A stretch of DNA of 64,000 nt from Chrysomallon squamiferum. Lineage: Eukaryota; Animalia; Mollusca. The stretch covers positions 33,294,001-33,358,000 of the forward strand of contig CM022670.1 of the NCBI GenBank assembly GCA_012295275.1, written 5' to 3'. Below are positions 1 to 14,423 of the stretch, piece after piece (the first letter of the stretch is position 1; each line of letters starts with the position of its first letter). The notes beneath the pieces were generated by a model that was given only the letters and a program-made list of their open reading frames with translations, was not told the origin of the DNA and did not search any database. The translations under genes were made by a program, and so were the position numbers.

Positions 1-3000
1 TTTATTTAAATTATTTGTCATTATGAATTCTCAGAATTATCTGAAAAGAAAACAGATTAAATGTAAATAATTGTAGTTATAAAACTATCAATAATATTGC
101 ACAAATACCATAGTTGTAATGAACACCATTGTAGTAATGTAACCCTAACCCTCACCCACATACTGTCCACCTACTTTTTGACCACCTTGTATTTTTTTTT
201 TTAATTCAGAAATATTTGAAAAATATTCTGTGCACAGTAGAATTCTCTGTTATCAAAAGAAAATCACACACATTAAATCATTACATTTATAAATAAGAAT
301 TATATAAAAATTAAGTTTACTGATGCATAAAAATTTGTGGGAATTCACTGTGAAATGAAGACAGATTAGATAGCCATTTAAGACAGCAGTCTTATCAACT
401 ATCTTAAAGTAGACTGTCACAAACATTTATCCATAACAAGATTGATATTATAATTAAGCAGTTAACCCAGAGATGTCAAAGAAAGACACTGTATTTGGCA
501 CTGCTAGTCTGAGACCTGTCAAGTGGATTTTTGCCATGGATTATGAAGGTAGTTGGGCCAAAATTCCACTGTAGCATAACGGTAATTAAGTATTGTATAG
601 GAATAGTTAACTAAAGGAACCTTACCATCATGGTCTGAAGAAATCTTGAATTAATGGTTCAAAATGTAAAAGACATTCCAAGTTAATGGTTGAAAATAAA
701 GAACTGCACTTTATAAGTGCCTATAATTACACTGAGGAATTATATTAAAAGATTTTGGAACAGAAAAAGAATTTCTAATATTTCGCTTTATGCATGTTTA
801 TTACACAGAACAAAGTACAGAAAATATAGCATCATTATTAAAAAATAATAATAATAGTAATAATTATAATAACAATAACAATAATAATAATAATAAAAAA
901 ATTACAAAATTCCACACAGAATTCATCTAATAGAAGGCAAATATGCATCATGATGCCATTATAATTAGACAGAAATACATGTAAGGCTCAGTTGGGTATT
1001 ATAGGCAGATATATTTTAATTATTGATAAACTTGGCACAAATGCAATAACATGGTAATAAAGCCGCATACTGCATACAGTATTACCAGTGGCAAATATGT
1101 GCAGGTTACACATCATAGGTTTACATGGCAACAATTTTTTTTTCATTAAATCTCTTGAGATTACACCAGCTGCCCTGTATTTAAACATATTATTGTACAA
1201 AGTATTTTAGCAAAGTATCATGCTTCATTACTTCATTGTGCAAGTGAATGTGAAAGTAAGAAACTTTATTTTGAGGCTTAGCGGTTATAAATTGAATTTT
1301 TTGAATCTTAAAATAGACCAATTAGCTATTTGTATCTTATTTCAGCATTTATTCAAGTCTTTTTTTTTTCATTATTATTATTAATGTTATTATTATTATA
1401 ATTATTATTATTAATATTTTAATGCCAACTGTTATTTTTGTTTTTCTTGACACTTTAGATTATAATGTTTCGTTCAGATTAATTAAAAGGTCTGTTTTTT
1501 TCAAAGCATATTAATATTTATATAGATCACATGCAGAAATATGAAATATTTCAAACATTCATTCACACATTAAATAAAAAGCCAGAAACAGTAACCTTTT
1601 TAATGAAATACCTTAAATGGGAAGACAAAATTAAATAAAACAGAAACAGAATGAATACATTATATTTTGTAATGAACTTTGGAAAACATGATACTATATA
1701 TAAGTGTATTATAAATATCTGGTATGTGTTTTTTCTGATAATTTAACATAGCTAGAAGAATATTTTCATGACCAAGTTTAAGAACATTAATTAAATGTTA
1801 GCATATATCCATTCCAGGCAGGTACATCAGCAGAGAAAATCTCCTAAAAGTCCTAAATGATTTATATCAAACATTTTCTCTCTCATGCAAACAGAAATTC
1901 TTAACTACCTTCAGTAAATGTTACATTTACCAGTATTTATTATTTGTACAAGCTTGATAAACTGTTTGTCAGTGGATACATACATTTATATCCCTGATAT
2001 TCCAGACCAATCTGCATTTGATGGATTATTCCAGTAAAATGTTTTGGCCACTTTATTTCAACAACTTTCTAATTATTTTGGGAAACATTTTATTTGGTTT
2101 AGATTATTATTCTCATCAAGTGTTTGATGTTATCATTTATAGACTTGAACATTATGACTGTCTGGCGTTTCCACCATCACATTAAATGCTAAGCATGATT
2201 TATGTTTTTATTAATATAATCCAGTATTTTTATTATGATTTTTTTTATGATTTTTATATCAAAGACATTTATGAAAATTACTATTTAATAACAGCCTTAC
2301 AGAAAACCTGACACAACAAAAACAAAACAAAAAAACAACAACATTTATAATAATAAAAAAAATAAAAAAAAGTATAATAGATATCCTTCAAAATAATTAT
2401 GTAACAAAAGTAAGGAGTAATTGAAATTTATATGCATAAGATAAAGATACCAATAATAAATAAATTATTAAATAATTAATCCTATGTCAAATAAAAAATC
2501 ATAAATAGATCAAACCTGACTTAATACAAGTGATAATTATTTAACAAAGCAGTTTCCATCAATAAATAATGAAGAATTTGTTTAACACAGAATACTTTTC
2601 ATTAGTTGTAAGTGTATTATTATTAAAATACATTTTTTAAGGTAATAAATACAAAATTAAAGAACTGGACCATTTTTATGTCTGTTTGTTTTTTTTTTTT
2701 TTTTTTTTTCATTCTTTTCAGTTTACTGAATTTGTATTTAATGCAGGAATTTTTTTTTTAAATCTTTTATTCTTTCTTTTTTATAAAAAAATGTTCTTTT
2801 GTTTAAAGTGCATATTTCATCGTGGTTTGTTTGTGGTATGTTTTTTTTGTGTGTGTGTGGTGTGTGCTTTAAAACAAACAGAATCTGGCTGCTGTTGGCT
2901 ATGATTACACCAAACATGTTGACTGAGAAGAAATCTAATTACTGCTTAAAGCACATTTTAAATTTTTTTTTTTCAGTCTTGTTACACACTTTTTTTTTTT

Positions 3001-4424
3001 TTTTAAAGATTTCCATAGACTAGCCAAAATAAATTTTTGTTTGATTGTTTGTTTTATTTTTTAAATTTCCTGTTAATTTTTTTCACTCATATATAACCAT
3101 AAAATAAAAATGGTCAAGAATAAAAAATAAAAAATTATATTATTTGCATACAAGAGACAGATCTGTGGTTAATGGATAGAGTAAAAATCAAATTTGAGAT
3201 TCTGACACGAATGATTATGAAAGCGTATAGTGTTCAGGGCTATTCTTGGACAGACAAGCTGACACGCTTAAGATACTGGTAATTCCAGGAACCTGTGTCT
3301 TTTATTTTCCATTAGCATGGTTCTGTAGAGCTGTCATACTACATGTTTCAGCGAATCCTTAAGGTGTCTCTGAGACTTCTGGATTTCCAAAGATATCTCA
3401 TTTATGTCCACATACATTTTGGTGCCTGTCATCATGATTCAGAATTCAGAAGAAAAAAAATTGTATCTAAAGGGTTAGTCAAGTCTCTATAGACTCTAGT
3501 TCCTGTTTCAAAGTGGTCCTTCAAAGGATAGAATATTTCTAGTCTAATTGAGAGGTAACTTCATAACCTCTGTTTGTCTGTCATATTTACCGTGCAGGCT
3601 TGTGATGGTAAACTTTGTATTGTCTTTGGATTTGTACATTTTAATATGTTTCACTATTATTTTGTGAAACTATTTTGTACATAAAGAATTTTAATATACA
3701 TTCAATTTCTATTTCAGATTTTGATATGATAGTTTTGTCTTTTTTACTGTCAGTGTTTTGTGAGAGTTTATTATGATATTTATAATAATAATACACAGAA
3801 TGATTAAACTTTTAAAGAAATACAGTTAAAAAAAACCCAGCAAAAAACAGTCACATATTGATGTCACATCAATATGTATCAGTCATTCAACTGAATGCAT
3901 TCAGATGCATTATAAGCAAAAGCAAATATTGTTACAGGTCAATTAATTTTTTTTTTTTTTTTTTTTTTTTCTGTTTGTATTCCAAATATTTCAGTTATTC
4001 CATAGCTGATTTATTTCTTCTCAGACACTATTCAAAGCACATTTTTGCTACTTGTAATCAGCAGGGGCATCTTTCTTAGAGTTCCAGTACATGTATTTGT
4101 AATCAGTTGGAAGCTGTAGTTATTGCTTGATGAAACACAGCATCAGCATACTATTGTTATAATGCATAGAACAGCTTGTCCACTCCAGGCTCAATTGCCA
4201 GTTTCTGGTTGGCTGACTTGTGCAAATTTGATGGTAATTGTCAGGATACGGCTCTGCTTGCTGTGTTTTTGAGCATCCATCCTTCAGGTTAGACTGATCA
4301 CAAGATCTATCGCCTCCAGTCAGGTGGTATTAAATGAATTAAGTTGCAGACATTTGAAATCCATGCCTTTTCCTGTAGTCTGGCATAAACCAGACATGAA
4401 TCTCTTTTGTGGTGTATTTGTATG

Positions 4425-4428
<4 letters not shown>

Positions 4429-4455
<27 letters not shown>

Positions 4456-4480
4456 TTTTGTGTGTGTGTGTGTGTGTGTG
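4429..4480. repeat. (TG)n microsatellite, interrupted
   Basis: Seen directly. Confidence 0.9.
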
Positions 4481-6782
4481 TATTTTGATGCATGTTTGGA
4501 TTTTATATATGGCTAACAATGAGAAAGAAAAAAAGAATTTGCTTTTATGAATAAAATAAAATATCTTTAATGTTTATTCATTGAAACCTTTCATTTTTTA
4601 GTTATAATTTTTTTTAAATAATCATAAAATATCTTAGTTTTTTTTCTTTCTTGAAAACATTAAAATCATTTAAAAAGAAAAACAACATTCTGAATATAAT
4701 AATTTAGTGTAATATAAAACAGCAGTATTTAAAGTAACTAAATAAATAATAATAACTATTATTTATTCAGTTTTATCCTTGAAAGGTGTCATTTTTTATT
4801 TTTTTTTTTTTTTTTGAAACACAGAAAACAGCTAAATAATCTGATCTTTGGTACAAAAGCATGTCTTCACCATGTTTCACTTCAGTGTGAATTGTCACCA
4901 TGAAGTTTGATTACAAAATAAATTTAGTACATGACCTTTTCACATCCCAGTGAATAATAACATTACATTACCCATGGGAAGACCCTGTGTGATTCACTAA
5001 GCATTGCTCATTAGCTTGTATTATCACAGTCTTAATAATCTTGAGTATTGACATTTTTGCTTCATATTAAATAAACAGACCTGTTGTCTTTAGTGTGCAT
5101 AGATGAATGAAACATTTACAGTTTGGCATGGATTTTGTTTTTGCTTGTTTTCCATGACATCAGATCAAGCCAGTATAGTATAAATAAAATTTTCACTTTG
5201 CCTTTGCTCATAATGAAAGTACTTACTTACAGTATTGGATTTTAACAAAAAAAATTGGTTTGTAATCCCAGATAATTAGCAACACAGAAAATTATATTTT
5301 TTGCTCTAAAAAAAAATTTGGAAATGTGTTTTGAGTCCAGTAAAACCTTTTCAGTATATGAAGAAGCACTTGAAATTGCGATGCATTTTTTTGAATTTAC
5401 TATAGCCTATTAAAATTTCTGTGGTGTTTTATAGAGTTCTAAGTGACAAAAACCAGATGTTGTTCAGGCAAAGCTTGACATTTTAGAGAATAATAAAATT
5501 TCAGAGTGAATTCATGAATAAAATTTAAGAAACTTTTTTATTTAATTTTTTTAAAATTATTTTTGTTGCTTTTATGCATACCATTTGTGTATTATATTAC
5601 TATATTATATTAACTCATCATAAATAGTTGGACTACTTTTAAAATTGATGCATAATAAATTATTCACATTTTTGTATGATTATTCAGTTTTTTTTAAAAA
5701 GACAGTAATATCAGATTCATTTCTGAAAGGTTAAATTTGTACAATATTTATAATTTAAAAATAATAATATTAAAAATCCATGTGAATGGTTTTGTATTAT
5801 TTTATCTTTTATTCAAAATGTTTTTGTAATTGTGTTAAAATGATACACCTTTGTTTCCAGTGATAGAATTCTTCGGCTAAGGTATAATAGGTAGTGGGAG
5901 GGCAAGACTTAGGTCTGAATGCTACATTTGCTTGTCACACCAGGATTTTATTGGTGAACATTTCTGATATTAAGTTGTCTGAAATCCGTTAAAATATTGA
6001 ATTAGTAGCAGAATTGTAAACTGATTTCGTTGACAGTTGAGAGTGGATTTTCTGTAAGTGATATTTGCCAATTTGAAGGCACATCATTGGTTTCGTACTA
6101 TATAGTGAAGGTTCTTTGATTTTCTGTAGTAAGGATGTTGCCATGATTGGTTTTCTGTCAGGAATGGATGTAATATACAAGTACATGTATGCTTTTCTAT
6201 GACATTTTTCAATATTGGCAGCAGTGAAACTGTAACTCAGAAGATATGATATATGATTATAATGTTTATGTAGCTGCAAAGTTCATCGAAGGGCAAGTGT
6301 AGGTGTACATCAAAAGCAAGAACTGTGACAAGTCTGAAATAAATACCCTCATAATTTTGTATGTATATGTGTGTATGTATGTTTTGTGTGTGTGTATGTG
6401 TGAAAATTGTGTGTGTGTGTATGTGTGTAAGTTTGTGTGTCTACATCTGTGTATATTAAACATTATTTTGTAAACTTTATAACTTTTGCAAGTGTGTATC
6501 TTTTTTCCTTTTCCCGGTATTTATTTTTCGTTTTATTTATTCATTATTATTTTTAAAATATTTTTTATTCTTTAATTCATTATAGTTTTTAACTGAAGCT
6601 TATTATCAGTTTAGAACTTTCATTGTTCTGCATTTCAGCTTTTAAAAAAAAAAAAAAAAATGGTCATCTTCCAGTAATTTAGTTACATGTATGAAAATTG
6701 CTTCCAGTGCCTCATGGGCTTGATTTTGCAGTATTATAATTTGACTGTGAAACCTTTCATGAAAGCCTTTTGGACTTGCTAC

Positions 6783-6985
6783 TTTTTCAAAGTATTTGAA
6801 ATTCATGAATTTGTAGTTGAATTTTTCTTCACAAATTGCTCATTTGTGAGCAGCTGAGGCAGATAAAATTTGTGTGAGCTGAGCTAATCAGTAGGACAGT
6901 TTGAAGACAATTTATTGTGGCTTAATATTTAGTTTCACTAGCTATACTGAAATTCTTTATTAGTATTTTTTTTTTTATTTGAGGG
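6783..6985 (+). repeat. Dispersed direct duplication, copy 1 (about 200 bp)
   Basis: Shares tttttcaaagtatttgaaattcatgaatttgtagttgaa...gtgagctgagctaatcagtaggacagtttgaag with 12997-13188. Confidence 0.92.
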
Positions 6986-7521
6986 TTCTGTTTTTTTGTA
7001 GTTTTTTTAAATAAATTTTTTTAAATAAATTTTATTTTCTGCTCTGTTGCTCTGTTTTTCTGTTTTGTTTTCTTTTTCATTGTGTGTGATTTTAAGATAA
7101 AATATATAAAACTATTGCATGTGACCGTTTTTTCTGTTGGACATCAGGTTTCATTTGATTGATCTGTTGTTTCTTTTGGTACTTCTGTAATTGATAAAAC
7201 GAATCATTAAAAGTTTTGTTATAACCAAAATGTATCAGAAAGGGGTTAAAGTTGTTTTGCATTTTGTTATGACTGTTGAATTCAATACTTGTTGTTCTGA
7301 TAATTCAGTTTTTGATCCCCAAGAACATAAAAGGGTAAAAATTATATGAAACTAAATTTTTTTTTTTTTAACTACAAATATATTCCAGACATTATTTCAA
7401 ATTGATCATTACAAATGAAAATGTTAAAAATAGAAATATATATTTTAACATTATTAAACAATCCAACATTCTTAGACTTTCCTATTTCAAAGAACACATT
7501 TCTTTTTTCTTTTATTATGTA

Positions 7522-7690
7522 AACATTTTTATTGCTAGTAGTTTATGAATGTATGGCTTCTCTAGCAGCTACTGTTAAAATAAAAATAATAATAACTAAA
7601 AAAAAGAAAATAGGAATAATAATAACATTTTTATTGCTTTTAGGGCAAGTTTATGAATGTATGGCTTCTCTAGTAGTTACAGTAAAAACT
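7522..7690 (+). repeat. Short local duplication
   Basis: acatttttattgct...agtttatgaatgtatggcttctctag occurs twice, about 105 bp apart. Confidence 0.85.
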
Positions 7691-8788
7691 GAGAACCAAA
7701 ATAATGCAAATTTGAACAATAGTTATATCATCTTCCTCTATTTCTCATCTTTCACTGCCAGACCCCGAGTTGCTTTATATCATGATAATCTGTTGACAGT
7801 AATTAAATTGACACACACTTTTCCACATGAATTTCCTGATGTTGGAGTCTCCCCAGACCTGATCACCTTAATTTATTGCTTGGAATCAGTTGTTAGATTG
7901 AGGTGATGGTATCTGGCAGACGCTGACCACCATAACACTTAGCCCTGTGAATCATGAACATCTTTAGTTGGGTGTCTATTGATATTTTAATTGTGTAACT
8001 ATTGATTGTGATATATCCATCATGTGATACGGTCTGGCACATTGTTTAGCAACACTTACATTTGGTTAAAGCATTCGATCCAAAAAGTTTTCATTTGAGA
8101 ACTACAGTATTGACAAGTTGATTTGCTTTACTCTTTGGGTTTGGTCGTTTTTCAATTTCAGAATAAAATGGACACATCCTGAGATATTATAAAATCTTGG
8201 AACTTAAAATGAACTGTAGATTACATAATTTAAATAATTAATAAATAAATAATAAAATAACCAAATATTAAAAAAATAATAATAATAAAAAATAAAGAAA
8301 AAGGTTAAAAAACACATTAATAATAATATAAATGTATAATTAATCAGTTTATTTTGCAAAATTCTGTAACTTTCCGATTATATCTTTTTGAGGTATATTG
8401 ATTTCAGTTTTATTATTTTTGCTTTGTATTCCATCAAAGATTTGCTTTTCATCTTTTTAGCAAGAAAATTAGAATTTACTCTTCATTTGGAAGTTCATTT
8501 GATGGAAATTAACACTTTATAAAGAGATTAAAAAGTGTAATCTTTTGCATTAGCCAGCTTAATATCAAAGTATCAAAGCAAATATCGTGAAATAAAAAAG
8601 GACAAAATTTAAATGTCATTCTAATTTAATAAGTATGTTTTGTAATGAAATTGCCAAAAAGAAGAATTGACTTTTACTTTTTGTTACAATAAAAAACCTA
8701 AAAAAAGACAAGAACAAACAAATAAAAAAACTAACAACCTTTTCACTCTAATAACCATTTAAAAATTCAGAATAAATGGTTACATTTG

Positions 8789-8791
<3 letters not shown>

Positions 8792-8840
<49 letters not shown>
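8792..8840. repeat. (GA)n microsatellite
   Basis: Seen directly. Confidence 0.95.
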
Positions 8841-8842
<2 letters not shown>

Positions 8843-10631
8843 AAGGTAGGTGTGGATTAGGAACAGGTAGTTGATGGCAGAATATGAAAGAAACAAGAAA
8901 TAAAGAAAAAAGAGAGCTGGAGATGGAAAGAGATGGAAGAAAGTGAATAGGGAATAGAGAGCAACTGAGATGGAAGGAAAATAATAACTGTAAAATAACT
9001 ACAAAAAAAAAAGGGTCAGAGAAAACAAAAAGAAATGACTTTTTTGTTATTTAGTAGATTTCTGTCTATTTGTTTAGCTTTCTTTTTTGATATCTTGACC
9101 AGATTTCATGTTGCAAGCGATGGAAATAGTTTTTGTTGTTGTTTTTTCCTCCTGTTTTTATTTCTTGCAACAAGAGCTGTTAATGGATCACAGGTTTGCT
9201 CTGAAGCAGTACTAATAGCCTTCCCAACACTTTCTCTCAGGAGGTTTGCTTCAGTAATTATACATTAGCATTTGAAAGTAGCTGACATTCATTCTGCAAC
9301 ATTGTAGCAGCCTGCATTTTGATCCTATTTGTATTTTTCAATTTTCTAAAACAAAACACAGCTTGCATTATTGTCTCTGAATGTATTTCATATCAGCTTT
9401 CTTGACTGTAAAGTTGCACTTTTAGGTTGAGGTCATGTAAATGTATGCTTAAATTCCCAAATACACAATATAACATCATGTACATTCTGGAATTTCATTA
9501 ACATTTAACTGACATTCAGTTTGTCAGATGAAAAATGAACTAAACAAAAGGCATGCAAATACTGAAACAAAGGTACTGGAAACTAAGACACAGTATAAAG
9601 AAATAAAACACACATAACAAAAACAAATTCAAACACAAACAAAACAAAGACAGTTTTTAAAAACATGTAATTGTTTGTATGTTTTATGCAGTTTCTAATT
9701 AATACATTCTTTAAAACTGAAAGTGTAGATAAAATAAAATTGAAACTAATCTATATGCTTCTCATGCATAATTTATATAGAAAATAAACATCTGTAAACT
9801 GAAATATCTTGTATTAACAGTTCGCTACATGTGTTTCTCAACAGAGCCTTATATATTTTATTTTTAAAATTTTATTAAATGGTTAAATCATGAAAAATAA
9901 ATATTGCTTTTAATTTCATTATTAATCAGTATTTCAAATAACAATTTCATCAGAATTGATGTTTTTGTCATGAAACATGCTAATTTTACATTTTCAGCTG
10001 ATGAATTTAAATACCAAATGAGTAAATCATTTTATTTAATTAAATAAAAATATTTTCATTAAATATCATTCAAAATAAACTGAAATAAACAAAAATCTCA
10101 AATACATTTTTTCTAATTCCATAAACACAAACTGTGAAACATTTAAAGCTGTTTGAAGCTTGGTTAGTACCATGTGCCTTGTTACAGTGGCAGGGAGATC
10201 AAAGTCTTTGTTAGTGATTTGATAAGCAATGACAGACTTTTGTATGGTAATTAAGTCAGTGATAATTACATTAGCAGGAGGTTTATAAACTGGGTCCTCA
10301 CTTTATAATACAGTGATGTACTTAACTGTATTCTGCTCTGCTTTTGTATCAGACTGTATTAATTGGAAACTATTTCAGGATAAAAACCTGTTTTGGACAG
10401 CTCTCTTGTGAAATCAGAACGTGCTTGTGGACAATTTGATGGTCGAAATGGGCTAAAATGTAGCATTAATTTAAAATAAATCTTTTTCAGTTTAATGGTT
10501 AGAAAAGAAAAAAATCATTATTAATGATTGTAATTAATAGCATCAGTAAATTTCAGTAAATTTCTGGTTGAAAAATCCAATTTAACAATAATCATAATGA
10601 TGATAAAAAAAGATAATAAAAATATGTTTAA

Positions 10632-10663
<32 letters not shown>

Positions 10664-11154
10664 GAAGAACAGCTTAAAATTTTTTAAAAGAAATAAAAAA
10701 AAAAAGAAGAGAAAAGTAAATAAAAATAATAATAATTAAAGATAATAATAATATAAAGAAGGAGAAGAAGAAGAAGCAGAAGAAAAGGTAGATAAAATTT
10801 AATAATAAAAATAACAAATAAAATGAAATAAAAAACAGTTTAATCACCAGGCATGGAAGGCGACAATTTCTGTGCTCATAACCATGATTTTTTTTTTAGC
10901 CTGGATAATAAAATATCTCTTATGAATTATGACTCTGAAAAGCATGTTTGACATGTTTGTGATGCCTTAGAGATTCCTATGATTATTGTTTGATTACTTA
11001 TAGATGGTGGAAGTGAAGTATACGTTTGTCTTGCTCAGCTCCTGTAGGAATGCCTGTCAGTATGACATCGTCTTGGGACCTAGCAGAGATGAAATCATTT
11101 CTCATCACGGATACACCATAAACAAATAATGATTTATCTCCCAGATCAATGGTC

Positions 11155-11560
11155 AAATACAGTTCACTGTTATAATATCAAAAAAAAATAATGTAAAAGT
11201 GGAATGTGATAGAAGTCATGTGTAGTTCATAATTATAATATTTCAAAAAAACAAATGTAAAAATGAAACACCAGTCAATTTTCAAAGATACAGTATGAAA
11301 ATAAAATATGGCGAGGTAGTTTAGTTCAAAATTATAATATCAAAATATAAAAATGAAACAACAGCAGTTAAATATAGTTCACAATTATATGAAAAATATA
11401 AAAATGAAACATAATAGCAGTTAAATATAGTTCACAGTTATAAAATAAAACATGGTAAACCAGTTTAATTCACAGTTGTAAAAATATAAAAATGACAAGT
11501 CAACTGTGGTTCACAGTAAAAAATATTGAAATTAAACATGTTAGTATATATAGTTCATAT
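11155..11560 (+). repeat. Degenerate minisatellite (about 55-bp unit)
   Basis: Recurrent atagttcacaattata...aaaatataaaaatgaaaca motif. Confidence 0.7.
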
Positions 11561-12910
11561 TTTTCTGCTTTCAAAATATTAACTCTTTATCTACAATGAA
11601 CTTACCAATTTTTATTTTTACATACTGTATTGTAAAAATGCAAGAAATAAAAGGTCATCACTAATTTAATTGTTTAGTTTTACATCATATATTCATATAT
11701 AAAAAAAAAAATAATAAAAAAAATAATAATAATAATAAAATAATTAAAATAATAATAAATTTAAAATTTAAAAGAAACAACAACACTAAAGCACAATTAT
11801 TTTATATAACTGTTAATAGTGTTATATGTTTTATTTCCTATTTCAGTCAGTGTTGTTAAGCTGAAAGTGTATGTATATACAGAACACTTGAATATATGAT
11901 TTGCTTATCCTTGCTGTAGATGTTTAATATCTTAGCCAGTTCAAATGTGATGAGAACATTTAATTCAGTTATTTTTTTCTCTATCACTATAGGAAACAGG
12001 CTGTGACATTTTGAAATGAAGAAAAGAACTAGGAAAAAAATATTATCCATAGTAAATAAAAAAAATTATTCTTAATTTATAAATAAACAAATAAAACAAA
12101 CCAAATGAATGAATGAATGAATGAATGAATGAATAAATAAATAAATATTTAATAATTTAAATACGGACATCCAATTAACTAAAACCATAATAGACACCGA
12201 TACATAACCCCCTGCAAAAAACCCAAAACAAACAGTTAAAATAGTAAATGTTTGCAGTAAAACTAATTGTTTAAATAAATAAATAAATAAATAAATAATA
12301 ACTATCAAAAAAAAAAGAAAATTAAATTAAGACAAACTCAGATGTTTATAAAAGAAACTAACCTACTTATATAAATATATTTATAAAATTATTTTTAGTG
12401 TATATTATTAAATAGTTTTATTCAAAACTTTTTTTTCTTCTTATTACATAAAACTATATTTCATTGGTGTTTTTTTTTCTTTTTTGGGGGGGTTGTTGTA
12501 CTTTTGTACTTTACTGTACTTAATATTGTCACACTGTAACATAAACACATTTATCAAAATAATCACTATTGATTTTTAATTAGATTTACAAGTTGTATCT
12601 GTTTTAGAATTTAAATACCTTCCAGTCTGATACACTGAATCTATGGATTTATTATTAATTTCTTCCTTATTTTTTCTTTAAACATTTATTTTTTTTAGTG
12701 TTTTATAATTAAAAAAAAAAAAATTTTTTTCATATTTTAAGTTAATTAAATTTTTTTAATAATTAATTTTTTAACATTTTTTTTTAATTAAAAACATTTT
12801 AAAAAAGTTAAAGACAGTTGAAATACAATTCTGTAAGGCACCATATTTTTTAATATCAAAATTTTTTATTTCTATTTTTTGAAATAATTTTTTTCAAAAT
12901 AATGACAAAC

Positions 12911-12942
<32 letters not shown>

Positions 12943-12996
12943 TTTTAAATGTAAAATTACCATTTAACTATGTTGCCCAGTCTGTGTACATGCTGG

Positions 12997-13188
12997 TTTT
13001 TTCAAAGTATTTGAAATTCATGAATTTGTAGTTGAAATTCTCTTCACAAATTTCTCACTTGTGAGCTGCTGAGGCAGATACAATTTCTGTGAGCTGAGCT
13101 AATCAGTAGGACAGTTTGAAGTGGCTTAATATTTAGTTTCACTAACCATAGTGAAATTTTTTATTAGTATTTTTTTTTATTTGAAGGT
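12997..13188 (+). repeat. Dispersed direct duplication, copy 2
   Basis: Matches 6783-6985, with a short deletion after acagtttgaag. Confidence 0.92.
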
Positions 13189-14133
13189 ATTTTCAGTTGG
13201 TTTTTTTGTTTCTTTTTAATACATTTTATTAAATTTTTTAACTCTTCTGCTCTATTGCTTCTCATCAGTAACTTTATTTTCTCATATAAACTGATATGCA
13301 AATAACCAGTGGATATCTTTGTTATTAATATATAATTTTAAAAATTATTCTTATAATTAAAAATATAGTCTAATTGTTTTTACCAATAATCACTTTTCAT
13401 TTTTTAAATATAAAATTACAAGTTGAAAATCAATTAAGTATGACACATCATCATCAGCTTCATTTTCTACTAAAGAAGTGATACTTTAATGACAATGACA
13501 GTGAATTAATGTTATTGATTTATTTTGTTTGTTTTTTTTTTTTAATCTTTTAAACATTTTTGATTGTAATTAATTTGTTTTTTTATTAGGTTTTTAATGA
13601 TTATTACTTTTCTTGTTTTAAGTATTAAATTATCCATAGTTGCCATAGAATTTACATCATCTTCTGTTTAGTACTCTTGTTTAAAAGTAAAAAAAAAAAA
13701 AAAAAAAAAAATAAAAAAAAAATTAAATAAAAAATGTCTTTTTCTAACAACCAGAAAAATAGGCACACTGCAGTAAATTTCATTCTCTGAGAGGTAATTT
13801 AATATGAACACATTTGTCCAGTTTATCTCAAATCCCTAATGAAGGCCACTTTGGTATTTTCAGGAGAACAATTCAATTTCCATATCTAGTGTTAGAGATG
13901 CTGCTGCAAGCATGGATTAAAATAAATCCCAAGAAAAGATTTTTTATAAGTCCATTAAGGAAAGATTGTCACAATTTTTTTTTTTTTTTCTCTTCAAGTT
14001 GTCTTTTCCCCAAAGTCGCATTATCTTCAAATTTCTGCACTGAAAGAAAATAATTTCTGAAGCATGACTATTGTGCATTTTCACAATTTTGTATTTGGTT
14101 AATAATGCATAATAGATTTGAATGAAGAGAAAG

Positions 14134-14423
14134 AATTTGAAAGAGAGAAAAATTTGGAAGAAAGAAAGCCAGTGAAAGAGAGAGAGAGAGAAAAAAATAA
14201 GATTCCATAAGAGGGGGAAGGAATGAAGAAAATAATTTGAAAGAGAGAAAAATTTGGAAGAAAGAAAGCCAGTGAAAGAGAGAGAAAAAAAAAAAGATTC
14301 CATAAGAGGGGGAAGGAATGAAGAAAATAATTTGAAAGAGAGAAAAATTTGGAAGAAAGAAAGCCAGTGAAAGAGAGAGAGAGAAAAAAATAAGATTCCA
14401 TAAGAGGGGGAAGGAATGAAGAA
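14134..14423 (+). repeat. Purine-rich tandem repeat, 3 copies of about 97 bp
   Basis: aatttgaaagagagaaaaatttggaagaaagaaagccagtgaaa(ga)n...gattccataagagggggaaggaatgaagaa occurs three times. Confidence 0.95.

Noticed and set aside
140-157. Telomere-like TAACCC repeats
   Set aside because: Only two perfect units plus one variant; too short to call an interstitial telomeric sequence.
11155-11560. Repeat-and-spacer look suggestive of a CRISPR array (also 40795-41055 and 63240-63610)
   Set aside because: Units are degenerate along their whole length, sit in a eukaryotic intron, and no cas genes are present; these are minisatellites.
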